From contig JBKAGE010000035.1 of NCBI GenBank assembly GCA_046290225.1, forward strand, positions 192,001 to 256,000: a stretch of DNA of 64,000 bases, given 5' to 3'. Positions 21,701-30,861 of the stretch are shown piece by piece (position 1 is the first letter of the stretch; each line of letters begins with the position of its first letter). The DNA is from Bradymonadia bacterium (GTDB lineage Bacteria; Myxococcota_A; Bradymonadia; UBA7976; UBA1532). Both the position numbers and the translations under genes were made by a program. Under the pieces are notes generated by a model that was not told the origin of the DNA, did no database searches, and saw nothing but the letters and a program-made list of their open reading frames with translations.

Positions 21701-22000
21701 ACCCCCCAGACCGTCGTGCAGGTCGATCCCGACATCGCCGATCTCGTGCCGCGCTTTCTCGCCGCCCGCCATCAGGATCTCGACACGATCAGCGACGCCC
21801 TGTCTCGAGGCGACTACGACCGCATTCGGGTGTTGGGTCATCAGATGAAGGGTACTGGTGGTGCCTATGGGTTCCCCCGCATCTCCGAGCTGGGCCGCCG
21901 TCTGGAGCAGGGGGCGAAGGCGGGCCATGCCCAGACGATCATCGAGAGCGCCGACGCCCTACGACGCTATCTCGACAGCGTAAAGATCGAACACGGCTGA
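18722..22000 (+). CDS. Hybrid sensor histidine kinase (FIST-like N-terminus, GAF, PAS, HisKA, HATPase, REC, Hpt)
   Basis: H-box THEIRTPLN, N-box NLVSNAIKYT, G-boxes DTGQG and GTGLGL, REC LLVEDN..MDVHLPGMDG, Hpt GHQMKG. Confidence 0.9.
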   Translation: MQVSISCASPADATRPVAEGLWTHLESYLGGAPDLLFLGVPPGHDLKALAHDLNQHAPWARLMGVTFPQQPAGHPITLMGIRDPGGAFGLAGGPTGADVRGTTRALTDQALADARRVGEQPHLVWVWSLPAHQEEALKGVRDLVGPGVPVVCSPIDPGPEGRLMMGQRLWAEGIVVSTWFWTRLPRQIGALVPPPEPLMPVLQALGAQRQAEVAQGDVAVLEAAAHLVGTPLGSQLDQCLLDQCARLTGADGCALLISDAQGRLFTKASTHPSLNDRLWSPGDLFTRVLNGEAVSLFDIRRVDEWRGGSITPGVRSALHAPLRPVQAGEASPGMVVCVHTTRGIFTPQLRNQLAHLVKLYPASAETPASDGCCALAQGAPALLWAVDAELRLVEFNVAFAQEARALLDIEPVVGATLNDELSALYAQLDTTRPLRTMQTRTVNGQIRHLELTLQGMADDLVVGCAYDITERTQAVDVLKDARDRAQQASASKSDYLAVMTHEIRTPLNAMLGMVDLTMATPLSKEQREYIDSMKSNAEVLSSLINDILDISKIEAGQMQLAHADLDPGELVELVVQSLAERAEDKRLLLRCEIDPRLPFKVTGDPQRFRQIVLNLVSNAIKYTDHGEVKVSLALAEGRHDMVNLRLTVSDTGQGIAEAEQKRIFERFYQGTAGHQRSGGTGLGLTITHTLVNLMGGHITLDSAPGQGARFTVDLRVPVHTWRNDELAHLKAQLEGVRVLLVERDAIITPLFEAHLPKTAFSAATDLTSARSMLESQRWDALILDTTFPAVAQVAAQSRDLWPDRPTLLMTPINTPSASWATDLPRLPRPLQRKRLIEVLSQTLSGKGAHTGRAMPLPRAVRRVLLVEDNPDSQVVVSRILSRAGHMVEVADTAQRAIKSALTNTFDLILMDVHLPGMDGIEATRIIKERSMAMGRPDVPIVALTAHATAQFRQACLEAGMDSFTVKPIKRQALLALVEQARWPREAMVLTTTPTPQTVVQVDPDIADLVPRFLAARHQDLDTISDALSRGDYDRIRVLGHQMKGTGGAYGFPRISELGRRLEQGAKAGHAQTIIESADALRRYLDSVKIEHG

Positions 22001-22001
22001 G

Positions 22002-23423
22002 ATGGCGGGGCAAAAAGACCACCTCCGGCGTCATCACCTCGACCATGCCGCGAGCGAGCTCTCCGAAGAGACCTGGGACCAGCGCCTGCGCATGACCCTG
22101 GCGGTGCTGATCATCAGCGTGACAGTCTGGGCGATCTGTGCGGTCCTGCGCACGGTGGTGCACGTCGCGGCCGATGGCCTGCTCCTCACGGGCCTCGAGC
22201 ACACCTGGGGTCCATGGGCCCTCGTCGCCGCCCTCACCCTCGGCGGGCTGGTGCAGGGCGCGCTCCACAGACGCCCGGCCTGGGTCGACGCCCGAGGTGA
22301 CGGCGTAGACGTCACCCTGGCCCACTATCACAGCACCTACGACCACCTCGCTGACGATCCGCAACCCCGCTACAACAAGTCAGCCTTCGGGCTGCTCTGG
22401 CGCAAGGCCACGCTCACGACGATCACGCTGTCCTCAGGGGCCAGCGGAGGCCTCGAGGGCCCTGTGGTCCTCATGGGAGAATGTGCCGGCGCTGGCTGGT
22501 CTCGCGTGCTCCGCATCCGCAGCGAGTTCGAACTGCGCACCTATCAGCTGGTCGGTGTCTCCGCGGCGGTGGGCTCGCTCCTCGGTGCCCCCTTCGCAGC
22601 GGCGCTCTTCGCCACCGAGCTGGCCTTCAGCGATCGCATCATCTATCGCAAGCTGGTCTACGCCCTCCTCGGCGCGGTTGTGGTCTACGGCCTCAACAAC
22701 CACCTGTTGGGCCCCACACCGCTGCTCGTCGCACCAGAGCGTCCGGGTGTGTACCGCCTGGGCGAATACCTCGAGGTGGTGGCGGTGGCCCTCGCAGTGA
22801 GCGCTCCGGTGGCCATCGGCATGGGTCTGGTGCTCAAGCACACCCACGGGCTCCTCGCCCGTGTGCCTCCTTTGCTCACCGCCCCCCTCGCCGCCGCAGC
22901 AAGCGGCGGCCTGGCTCTGGCCTTGTGGTTCACGCTGGGCCTCGCCCCACATCATCTCCTGGGTATGGGGGAGCACACCCTCGCCGAGCTGCTCAACGGC
23001 GGTACGCTGCACAGCCACTTTGAGCCGACCCCGCTCACCACCGCAGGCATCCTGGGCCTCGCCGTGGTGGGCAAGATGATCACCACGGCCCTCACGGTTC
23101 AGTCAGGCGGAAGCGCCGGCATGTTGATCCCTGCGATGTTCATGGGCGGTGTCAGCGGCGCAGCGACACACCACCTGCTCGTGGCCCTGGGCCTCGGCGT
23201 AGGGGTCGATCCGGCCATCTTCGTCGTGGCGGGCATCGCCTCCGCCCTGGTGGCGGTGATCCAGGTGCCCCTCTCGGCCATCGCCCTGGTGCTTGAGGTG
23301 TTCGGCCCGGCCTATGGCCCTGCGGCGGCCCTGAGCTGCGGCTTGTGCACCATCGTCACCCGCAAATTCTCGATGTACCCCCAACGGCACAGCCCGAACC
23401 CCGAAGGGGACGAGGTGGGGTGA
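22002..23423 (+). CDS. ClC-family chloride channel/antiporter
   Basis: GGLEGP (GxEGP) and GGSAGMLIPAMFMG motifs, many hydrophobic helices. Confidence 0.85.
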   Translation: MAGQKDHLRRHHLDHAASELSEETWDQRLRMTLAVLIISVTVWAICAVLRTVVHVAADGLLLTGLEHTWGPWALVAALTLGGLVQGALHRRPAWVDARGDGVDVTLAHYHSTYDHLADDPQPRYNKSAFGLLWRKATLTTITLSSGASGGLEGPVVLMGECAGAGWSRVLRIRSEFELRTYQLVGVSAAVGSLLGAPFAAALFATELAFSDRIIYRKLVYALLGAVVVYGLNNHLLGPTPLLVAPERPGVYRLGEYLEVVAVALAVSAPVAIGMGLVLKHTHGLLARVPPLLTAPLAAAASGGLALALWFTLGLAPHHLLGMGEHTLAELLNGGTLHSHFEPTPLTTAGILGLAVVGKMITTALTVQSGGSAGMLIPAMFMGGVSGAATHHLLVALGLGVGVDPAIFVVAGIASALVAVIQVPLSAIALVLEVFGPAYGPAAALSCGLCTIVTRKFSMYPQRHSPNPEGDEVG

Positions 23424-23480
23424 CGCAAAACGTCACCCTGCCCAAATTCGTCCAAGTGAGGGGTGACGCAAAACGTCACT
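23418..23480. promoter_or_regulatory. Two palindromic enhancer-like sites upstream of pilA
   Basis: GGGTGACGCAAAACGTCAC at 23418 and again at 23461 (43-bp period). Core palindrome GTGACG-N5-CGTCAC. Confidence 0.75.
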
Positions 23481-23518
23481 TTTTTCGAAACCAGACCATT
23501 TTTGGCGCTTTTTCGTGC

Positions 23519-23533
23519 TGGCACAGCCTTTGC
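23519..23533 (+). promoter_or_regulatory. Sigma-54 (-24/-12) promoter of pilA
   Basis: TGGCAC-AGCCT-TTGC, an exact match to TGGCAC-N5-TTGC. Confidence 0.85.
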
Positions 23534-23636
23534 GACTGAGCTGTGACATGTGGCGTCGAGCAGTTTGACGTCTGGAGGGAAGATGGGATCGAACACGCTC
23601 CCATCAATACACACAAGAGATCTGAGGGAGCCCCCC

Positions 23637-24188
23637 ATGAAGCTTCGTACCACTCGTAAAGGTTTTACGCTCGTCGAGCTGATGATCGTGGTCGCCATCA
23701 TCGGCATTCTCGCCGCGGTCGCCATCCCCGCCTTCATCGAGTACACCCGGAACGCCAAGACTGCTGAGGCCACCAACGCCATCAGCCTGATCAAGAAGGG
23801 CACGATCGCCTACTGGAACAGCTCCAAGAGCCAGGTGGACAACACCGCGGAGACCATCGAGGCTCAGCGCCTCGAGGAGAAGACCTTCCCCACCACGGTG
23901 GCCACCACCCCCGCAGCCAACAACTGCCCCGCCGGCCCCTGGAAGGCCGAGGCCGACACCTGGGCCGACGAGACCTGGCAGGTCCTCGACTTCACCCTCA
24001 ACGAGGGTCTCTTCCAGTACGCCTTCGACAGCGCTGGCTCCGGTGACGACGCCACCTTCAACATCCAGGCCACCGGCGATCCCAGCTGCGACGAGGTCAT
24101 CGTGAACTTCAGCATGCTCGGCGACATCGTCGAGGGCGAGGTCCGCACCGGTGACATGGTCGAGAGCATCGAAGAAGCCGCCGAGTAA
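23637..24188 (+). CDS. pilA: Type IVa major pilin
   Basis: Prepilin [40 protein letters not shown] before the ATG at 23637. Confidence 0.92.
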   Translation: MKLRTTRKGFTLVELMIVVAIIGILAAVAIPAFIEYTRNAKTAEATNAISLIKKGTIAYWNSSKSQVDNTAETIEAQRLEEKTFPTTVATTPAANNCPAGPWKAEADTWADETWQVLDFTLNEGLFQYAFDSAGSGDDATFNIQATGDPSCDEVIVNFSMLGDIVEGEVRTGDMVESIEEAAE

Positions 24189-24237
24189 TCTTCTGGTGTA
24201 GACTCACGGGCCCGAGCGTCAGCTGAGAGGCCGCTAC

Positions 24238-25101
24238 GTGATCCGCTCCGCCCCTGCCCGCCGCCTGCTGCTCTTCGCAGCCTTCCTCACGCTCATCGCT
24301 GTTGGCTTTCGATACCGCAGCCGCGCAGACATTTCGCGGCTTCGACAGCCTCCTGAGCCCCCCTCTGGTCTACAGAACCTCTATGTACCCAGCGTGACGA
24401 CGTTGCGCATGGCCAGCGCTGGCTATGAGCAAGCAGCCGCCGACCTGCTCTGGGTGAGGGTGCTCGGATATTTCGGATCTCACTTCAAGACTGATCGCCA
24501 GTTCATGTGGCTCGAGACCTTCGTCGACCAGATCATCGCCCTCGACCCGATGTTTCGAGAGGCCTACGAGACCACAGCGATGATGATCCTCTATGGCTCG
24601 AACATCACCAATGAATCGGTGGCATCGGCGAACCGCATCTACGAGGCGGGCATGGTCCACTTCCCGGATGATCCGCGCATGCCCTACAACATCGGGTTCA
24701 ACCTCTACTTCGAGATGAAGGGTGAGACCCCGCAGGCCTCTGAGCGATACCGTTTGCAGGCCCTCGACTACTTCACGCTCGCGGCGAGCATGCCCGAGGC
24801 GCCCCTCTCCTATCGCGGTCTGCTGGCCTCACTGCAAACCAAAGCAGGACGCACTGCTCTGGCTCAACAGCACTACCTCGACCTGTATCTGAAGACCGAC
24901 GAGCCTGCACAGAAGGCCTACTTCAGGAGCAAGTTGGAAGAAGCGGGCGTCGATCTCAAAGCCATCGAAGCGGAATTCAATGCCATCGACGATCGCCGAA
25001 AAGCCACACACCCTTACATGACATTCGATCAATACATGCTGCTCGACGAGCAGCTGACGCCTCCGAGCCCCGCCAACACCTGGACACGTCTGCACGACTG
25101 A
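24238..25101 (+). CDS. Membrane-anchored TPR-like pilus-associated protein
   Basis: N-terminal TM helix, AADLLWVR motif and helical repeats. Directly downstream of pilA. Confidence 0.65.
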   Translation: MIRSAPARRLLLFAAFLTLIAVGFRYRSRADISRLRQPPEPPSGLQNLYVPSVTTLRMASAGYEQAAADLLWVRVLGYFGSHFKTDRQFMWLETFVDQIIALDPMFREAYETTAMMILYGSNITNESVASANRIYEAGMVHFPDDPRMPYNIGFNLYFEMKGETPQASERYRLQALDYFTLAASMPEAPLSYRGLLASLQTKAGRTALAQQHYLDLYLKTDEPAQKAYFRSKLEEAGVDLKAIEAEFNAIDDRRKATHPYMTFDQYMLLDEQLTPPSPANTWTRLHD

Positions 25102-25112
25102 TCGCGCTGTGT

Positions 25113-26288
25113 TCAGCTCTGCTCTTTCACACCTTCCATACGGTGGAAGATGCGATCGACATAGCTGGCCACCTCTACGTGTTTCGAGGTGGCCTTGAGC
25201 CCTGGCAGCGCCTCCTTGATGCCGTCGGTGAGCGCAGAATCGCGGGGGCCGCCCTTTACGAGATCGTCCCAGCTCAGCGGATCCAAGCCTCGCTCCACCG
25301 CAGCCTCCTGGGCGCGGCGCACAGTGCGCGCCCCAGCGTTGTACGACGCAAAGACGAACTTTTTGTAGTCGTCGCCAGAGGGCAGGCCGTGCTTCAGCTC
25401 GGCCTTGAGCTGCTCCACCTTCTGCCGAAGCACCCGCGCTGCGAGCAAGATGGCGGTGTCTGCCTGGAGGCGATCTTTGGGGTTTGCCCCCACCTCTCGA
25501 GCCTCGCTGGCGCCGATCTGGGCGGGGCCCGCGATGTCGCCTCGAGTATCTGTCAGCGTGAAGTCACCTGACTCTTGAGCCACGAGGGCCTTCAACTCCG
25601 CCGCGCTGATCCCTGTGCCTCTGAGCACTTCGACCACCCGCTCATCAGCAAAGAACATGTTGTAGCGGGCGAAGGAGTGCCTCGCGTGGAGCGCCTCGTC
25701 ACGGGCCCGGGTCAGCTGGCGATGGTGCTTGATCACGTCGTTGCGCAGACCAGCATCAACGTGGCGACAGTCTGCCGTAGTGATGATGCCGTCGAGGGGT
25801 CGCTCCAGATCAGCCTTGAGGGCCTTCGCTTTCTCTGCGGCCCAGGCCTGCCCTGCGAACTCAGGCTGGTTCACCGCATCGAAGGCCGACTGAATTTGCC
25901 GTTGCCTGCGCGTCATGGCCTTCGTCAGAGACGACTCCACAGCCTTGACCTGCATGTCTTTGAACTCGGTGTTCAGGCTGATGACCGCCGCGACCTCATC
26001 GGCCACGGAGGGCGGCTTGGGGGTGTCGACCTTCGCCGACTCGCGGCTCTGAGGCACCTCTGCCTCACGACGGGCTTCCACAAAGTTGGTCTGCGCAGAC
26101 TGGGCAGCGTTCTGCTCGTCGGTCGAGAGGCCCAGCATGTCTTTCAGGTAGCCCACCCACGCCATCCCCACCTCGGGGTTGTCGTCGGTGCCTTGCTGGC
26201 GTTGATCTGCCTGCTCGGTGGTCTGCTCCGCCGCCTGACGGGCGAGCTCTTCTCGACGACGCAGATCTGTAGCGTGCAGTTGTGTCAT
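25113..26288 (-). CDS. Lytic transglycosylase (SLT-domain) protein with long N-terminal extension
   Basis: SLT motifs ALVAQESG, GPAQI and ASYNAG. No signal peptide seen. Confidence 0.72.
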   Translation of the reverse strand: MTQLHATDLRRREELARQAAEQTTEQADQRQQGTDDNPEVGMAWVGYLKDMLGLSTDEQNAAQSAQTNFVEARREAEVPQSRESAKVDTPKPPSVADEVAAVISLNTEFKDMQVKAVESSLTKAMTRRQRQIQSAFDAVNQPEFAGQAWAAEKAKALKADLERPLDGIITTADCRHVDAGLRNDVIKHHRQLTRARDEALHARHSFARYNMFFADERVVEVLRGTGISAAELKALVAQESGDFTLTDTRGDIAGPAQIGASEAREVGANPKDRLQADTAILLAARVLRQKVEQLKAELKHGLPSGDDYKKFVFASYNAGARTVRRAQEAAVERGLDPLSWDDLVKGGPRDSALTDGIKEALPGLKATSKHVEVASYVDRIFHRMEGVKEQS

Positions 26289-26384
26289 GCAGGCGCTCCA
26301 TCTGTGGGATGGCTACACGCTACCAGATTCACAGTGTGATGGGTCGGGGATTTGCCGACATGTGGCATCCACCCAGGTGACGCC

Positions 26385-27659
26385 TCAGCGCTCACCACCA
26401 CCCTTGATGACCCGAAGGTGATCCGCGATGAGTGGATCATCGCCCGCAGCGGCCAGGTAGCGCTCGAAATGCAGCGCCGCCCGATCAGGATCACCAAAGG
26501 CATCGAGATAAAGCTGACCGAGGTGTTTGTGTGCCAACGCCCAGTCAGGATCAGCGATGAGGGCCAGCTCCAAGGCGTGGCGGGCTTTGTCGACGTCACC
26601 GACGCTGGCGAAGATCAGGCTCTCGTTGAACCGTGGGTTCGGGAACTGAGGGTTCAGGCGTGCGGCCTCTCGGAAAGAGAGCAACGCCCGGGCCCGATCA
26701 CCCTTCTTCAAATAGGCAACGCCAAGATCGTTCTGAAAACGCGCGTCATTGGGGAACAGCTGCACCGCCCGCTCGAAGTGATGGATCGCCGCCTTCACCC
26801 GACCGCGGTTGAGCATGCTGTGGCCCCGCAGATAGTGAGAGGCCGCAGAGCCCGGAGTTTGCCTCAAACCTTGTTTGACGCGGCTGCGGCAGCGGTGACA
26901 CAGGCGCGACGGAGACTCCACGAGATCTTCCAGGGTGCGATCTTCTCGCATCGCGCACCGGGTATCGGGGCAGTGCTCCTGAATGCCCAGGGTGTGGCCC
27001 ACCTCATGCACAACCACCTTGTACATCAGCTCATGGAAGCGCACCGGATCCGAGGGGTTGTCCCACCAGTGCCCACGGTAACGCGCCAGGGAGACCACAC
27101 CGACCCGGTCGACCACGCTGGCCAGGCCGAAGACGAAGCGGCCGCTGCCATTCTCGAAGAGATCGGCATTCGTGAGACCCATCAGGCCCACAGCGTTGTC
27201 GGGGATGCCATCGAACAAGCCATCGATGAGTTGATCAGCATCGTACTGATTGCGATCGAGATCATATGCACGGCCCATGAGCGGGAACGCCGGCATCACG
27301 AAGCATTTGATGTTGAACACCTCACGGATCACCTCGCAGGCGAAGTGCGTGTGAGACTCGGCCACCGGGCCCATGGCGCGCACGTAATAAACGGGCTGGC
27401 TGCCGGGCTTTCGAGCCTTCCATGCCCGATGAGGCACCAAAGGTGGGGTGTGATCGATGTGCAGATCAGAGCCCGCGAGATCAGGCCCGGCGATGTCAGT
27501 GGGGCCGTGTAGATGGGCATGATGGCTGTGATGATCGTGATGTGCCGGATCAGGCGGATCACCTGCGTGGGCGGTCAAGGTCCAGAGACCGACCCATAAA
27601 CCCACAGTGATGATCGAAGGCACTCTCACGTGCGCAGACCTCCATCGTCTTTGACACAT
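26385..27659 (-). CDS. Archaemetzincin-like (M54) zinc metalloprotease with C-terminal TPRs
   Basis: QYDADQL, FVFGLA, HEVGHTLGIQEHC..CAM..CHRC, TPR repeats, signal-like N-terminus and a His-rich segment. Confidence 0.8.
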   Translation of the reverse strand: MCQRRWRSAHVRVPSIITVGLWVGLWTLTAHAGDPPDPAHHDHHSHHAHLHGPTDIAGPDLAGSDLHIDHTPPLVPHRAWKARKPGSQPVYYVRAMGPVAESHTHFACEVIREVFNIKCFVMPAFPLMGRAYDLDRNQYDADQLIDGLFDGIPDNAVGLMGLTNADLFENGSGRFVFGLASVVDRVGVVSLARYRGHWWDNPSDPVRFHELMYKVVVHEVGHTLGIQEHCPDTRCAMREDRTLEDLVESPSRLCHRCRSRVKQGLRQTPGSAASHYLRGHSMLNRGRVKAAIHHFERAVQLFPNDARFQNDLGVAYLKKGDRARALLSFREAARLNPQFPNPRFNESLIFASVGDVDKARHALELALIADPDWALAHKHLGQLYLDAFGDPDRAALHFERYLAAAGDDPLIADHLRVIKGGGER

Positions 27660-27947
27660 ACAAAAACTTCGTATGTGTCACGGCGAGGCCATTGGGTGTG
27701 GCGTAGTACACCGATCAATGGGTGTATCCTACATGCTCCACAGGCGCAATGGCCATCACACGTCGCAGTCAAGTTTTGATCCTGAGGCAGGTGTACGTCA
27801 ATGTGTCCCTCATGACCCACCCCCAAAAACCTACAGGTCGAGAAATGTAACCTATCGACCTACCACCAGTTCTTCTCCTCTACATGCTGTTGCAAAACCT
27901 CTCGCCAGCCGGTACCCACAAGCCTCCATGCAACAGGGTTAGACACC

Positions 27948-28364
27948 ATGAACCGTCGGACGTTCGAGGCTGAGCTGAAAGAGCTGATCCGGTCACAGGG
28001 CAGCCGCACCGAGAATCCGGGCAGCTATGCCTCCGACACGTGCGAAAACTGCACCCAGTGCATGTTCTGTGAGCGATGCACCGATTGCTACGGCTGCAAC
28101 TACGCCCACAACAGCGAGGGCTGCACCCAGTGCACCCACGTGAAGGGGTGCACCCACTGTCACAACAGCACGCACTTGCTGAAGTGTGAGCGCTGTGTGG
28201 CCAGCCAGTACCTCGAGCTGTGCACCGATTGCGCCGAATGCACCTACTGCTTTGGCTGTGTGGGGCTCGTTCGCAAGGAATTCCACATCCTGAACACCCC
28301 CTACGATCGCAAGACCTACTTCAAGGTCGTCAAGGCCCTGAAGGCCGAGATGGGGCTCGCCTGA
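27948..28364 (+). CDS. Small Cys-rich repeat protein
   Basis: Repeated CxxCxxC units ending YCFGCVGLVRKEFHILN. Confidence 0.8.
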   Translation: MNRRTFEAELKELIRSQGSRTENPGSYASDTCENCTQCMFCERCTDCYGCNYAHNSEGCTQCTHVKGCTHCHNSTHLLKCERCVASQYLELCTDCAECTYCFGCVGLVRKEFHILNTPYDRKTYFKVVKALKAEMGLA

Positions 28365-28369
28365 GCCCG

Positions 28370-29449
28370 ATGGCCACCCCCAGCTCCAGAGAGCCCCTCT
28401 CCAGAAAAGCAGCCTTTCGAGAGATCGCCCTGATGTTCATGGTGACCGTGGTGGTCACTGTGGGCCTCACCCTGCTCCAAGGCGCCGTGGGCTGGATCCG
28501 GAATTACGTGCTCGTCATCGTGGCGGCCACCTTCCTCTACCTGCCCATCGAGTGGCTGCACCGCACCGGCCGGGATCCGGCGAAGTTCGGCATTCACCGC
28601 GCACAACCTCTACGCCACGTGAAATGGGCGCTGTTGTTGATGGTGATCACCTTCCCACCTTATCTGGCGGGTTTTCACGTCTGGCAGACCACCGTCGTAG
28701 AGCAACAATGGGCGCTAGGTCAGGCCCGCTTCGATCACTGGCCTTTGGAGATGACTGATCCACCAGAGGTGGTGCAGCTGCAGCCCGGTGAGGTACGCCT
28801 CTACACGGTGAAGGATGATCTCTGGCTGACCTGGCGATTGCCACGAGGGCAACGCTTCGAGGCCACCATCACCAGCGACGTCATGCCCCGAGTACTCAGA
28901 CATCATGGGGGCCGCCCCACCTTCGAGTCTGATCCACCGCGACTGCTATTCTCCGGGGGCGACAGAGGCCGCGTGGTGTTCAACGCACCAGGGCACCGCA
29001 TGTCGGTGGACGTCGATGCGGGTGGTGATCGCCTGCCTCCGGAGCGTCTCCGACTGGGCACAGCCCTGAGCCCGGCACCAGAGATGCCCTTCGAGGCAGA
29101 GCGAGGCTGGTGGTGGATCATCAACATCGTGCTGGTGCAACTGCTGCTGGTGGCCCTGCCAGAAGAGGTGTTCTACCGAGGCTACTTACAAACGACCCTG
29201 GACGGCCTCGTAGGCCGTGATCGCCGCATCTTCGGTGTCGAGGTGAACGTCACCAGCATGTTGATCACCAGCGCGCTCTTTGCTGTGGGGCACTACCTGA
29301 CGATCCCACACCCGGCCCGCCTGGCGGTGTTCTTCCCGAGCCTGCTCTTTGGCTGGCTTCGCAGAGCTTCTGGCGGCGTGGGGGCCCCGATGGCATATCA
29401 CGCAGCGTGTAATCTGCTCGTGGAGTTCGGCGGGCACTTCTACGGGTGA
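28370..29449 (+). CDS. CPBP (Abi/CAAX) intramembrane glutamic protease, myxosortase-like
   Basis: LPEEVFYRGY, FAVGH and YHAACN motifs, multiple TM helices, large soluble insert. Confidence 0.8.
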   Translation: MATPSSREPLSRKAAFREIALMFMVTVVVTVGLTLLQGAVGWIRNYVLVIVAATFLYLPIEWLHRTGRDPAKFGIHRAQPLRHVKWALLLMVITFPPYLAGFHVWQTTVVEQQWALGQARFDHWPLEMTDPPEVVQLQPGEVRLYTVKDDLWLTWRLPRGQRFEATITSDVMPRVLRHHGGRPTFESDPPRLLFSGGDRGRVVFNAPGHRMSVDVDAGGDRLPPERLRLGTALSPAPEMPFEAERGWWWIINIVLVQLLLVALPEEVFYRGYLQTTLDGLVGRDRRIFGVEVNVTSMLITSALFAVGHYLTIPHPARLAVFFPSLLFGWLRRASGGVGAPMAYHAACNLLVEFGGHFYG

Positions 29450-30651
29450 GCCATCACCCGAGGGCACTCCGGATCAGGGGCCATCGCGTCGCCGGTCAGG
29501 TGAGCCGAGACCGCTCTACACCCCCCATTACACACATCGACGTAATCACAGGTGTCGCACGGCGCCGGCGCCTCGGCTCGATACCGACGGTAGCGCTCGA
29601 AGAGCGGCTGAGAGGGCCAGTCCGTGACGAAGGCCTGCCGGGCCGAGCCTGCAGGCTGACTGAGGAAGCTGCACCCCGTGGCCCGGCCATGAGGACCCAC
29701 AGAGGCCAGGGTGTCTCCGGCCTCGCACCCGCCGATGCGAAAGAACCGCAGCACTCGAGGCTCAGGCTGGTGATGGCACACGAAGGGGGCCAGGGAGCAG
29801 TCCATCTTGATGCGCACCCGGTGCTTGCGGCCGAGGTGCAGGGCCTTGGGCAACAGCGCCCTGCCTTGCGCGGGGGTGAGGCGCAGGTCGCGATAGACAG
29901 AGATGCCTCGGCCCGCAGGTTTGAGACGCAACAGCTCGAGCTCGGTGACACGGCGACGGCGGGCGTAGGCCACGAGACGCGGTAGGGCGTCGAAGGTGTG
30001 GCGCGTGAGCACGGCGTTGATGCCTGCGCGGCCGTGGTGCCGCTTGAGCAACCTCAGAGCTTCGTCGGCCTGCTCGAACCGCTCACGCTGGCCCTCTGGG
30101 GTCGGGCCTCGCACTCGGGCGTAGTCGTCGACGCCCACGCCGTCGATGCTCACGTTGATTTGAGCAAAGTCGCCGAGTCGCTGCGCCAGATCTGCGGTGA
30201 CCGGGGCGCCGCTGGTGGTGGTGCTCGGCGCGATGCCCCGTTGTCTGAGAGCCCGGGCGGCGATGAAGGTGGCTTCGTCGGCGAGAGGCTCTCCGCCGCC
30301 GAGGGCCACATGGAGCACCCCCGCTTCGGCGAGGGCATCGGCGACGTGTTCGATCTGCGACAGATCGGCAGGAGGCGCCTGGGGCGTGCTGCTGGTGTAG
30401 CAGCCCGGGCAGGCCTGATCACACCGACGGCTCAGCGTCCAGTGCACCTCCACTGGGGCGCTGTGGCGCGTGCCACCGTTTCGCCACAGCGACTCGGCCC
30501 GCACCCCTAGACGCCGCGCCATGGGCTGATCGACGTAGAGCAACATTGCGGGCCGCTCCAACGACACGATGGCGCCCCAAGGCTCTGGCCTCACCTTCAA
30601 GCCCACAGCGCCCTTCAACCGGGCCTGGAGATCAGCGATCAGCGTCATCAT
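29440..30651 (-). CDS. Radical SAM protein with SPASM domain
   Basis: CDQACPGC, GGGEP, SPASM CEAG...GCSF...CDTCDYVDVCNGGC...DPEC. Likely start is the ATG at 30651 after GGGGAG. Confidence 0.88.
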   Translation of the reverse strand: MMTLIADLQARLKGAVGLKVRPEPWGAIVSLERPAMLLYVDQPMARRLGVRAESLWRNGGTRHSAPVEVHWTLSRRCDQACPGCYTSSTPQAPPADLSQIEHVADALAEAGVLHVALGGGEPLADEATFIAARALRQRGIAPSTTTSGAPVTADLAQRLGDFAQINVSIDGVGVDDYARVRGPTPEGQRERFEQADEALRLLKRHHGRAGINAVLTRHTFDALPRLVAYARRRRVTELELLRLKPAGRGISVYRDLRLTPAQGRALLPKALHLGRKHRVRIKMDCSLAPFVCHHQPEPRVLRFFRIGGCEAGDTLASVGPHGRATGCSFLSQPAGSARQAFVTDWPSQPLFERYRRYRAEAPAPCDTCDYVDVCNGGCRAVSAHLTGDAMAPDPECPRVMAHP

Positions 30652-30853
30652 CGCTCCCCGAGGCCTCGCGATCGCTCTTGCTGCCCACACCGTGCAGGAA
30701 GGCGCTGGCGGCGGCGCTGATGACCGAGACGCCAGCGAGGCCCATCATCAAGAAGCTGATGTCGATGCCCAGGCTGCTGCTGTTGGGGTTGAAGCCGAAA
30801 CGCACGCCCAACACACCCCGGGCGCGTCTGTGCCCACGGGGGCCAGCGCCCAC
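30632..30853 (-). CDS. 73-aa peptide (RFGFNPNSSSLG motif + TM helix); candidate radical-SAM substrate
   Basis: GTG at 30853 downstream of GGAGAGG. Fills the gap between the TPR gene and the rSAM gene and overlaps the rSAM start by 20 nt. Confidence 0.65.
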   Translation of the reverse strand: MGAGPRGHRRARGVLGVRFGFNPNSSSLGIDISFLMMGLAGVSVISAAASAFLHGVGSKSDREASGSDDDADR

Positions 30854-30861
30854 AGGTGGCG

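Noticed and set aside
29440..30651. Mycofactocin MftC or PqqE assignment
   Set aside because: There is no MftA-like IDGxCGVY or PqqA-like ExxxY peptide and no accessory genes nearby.
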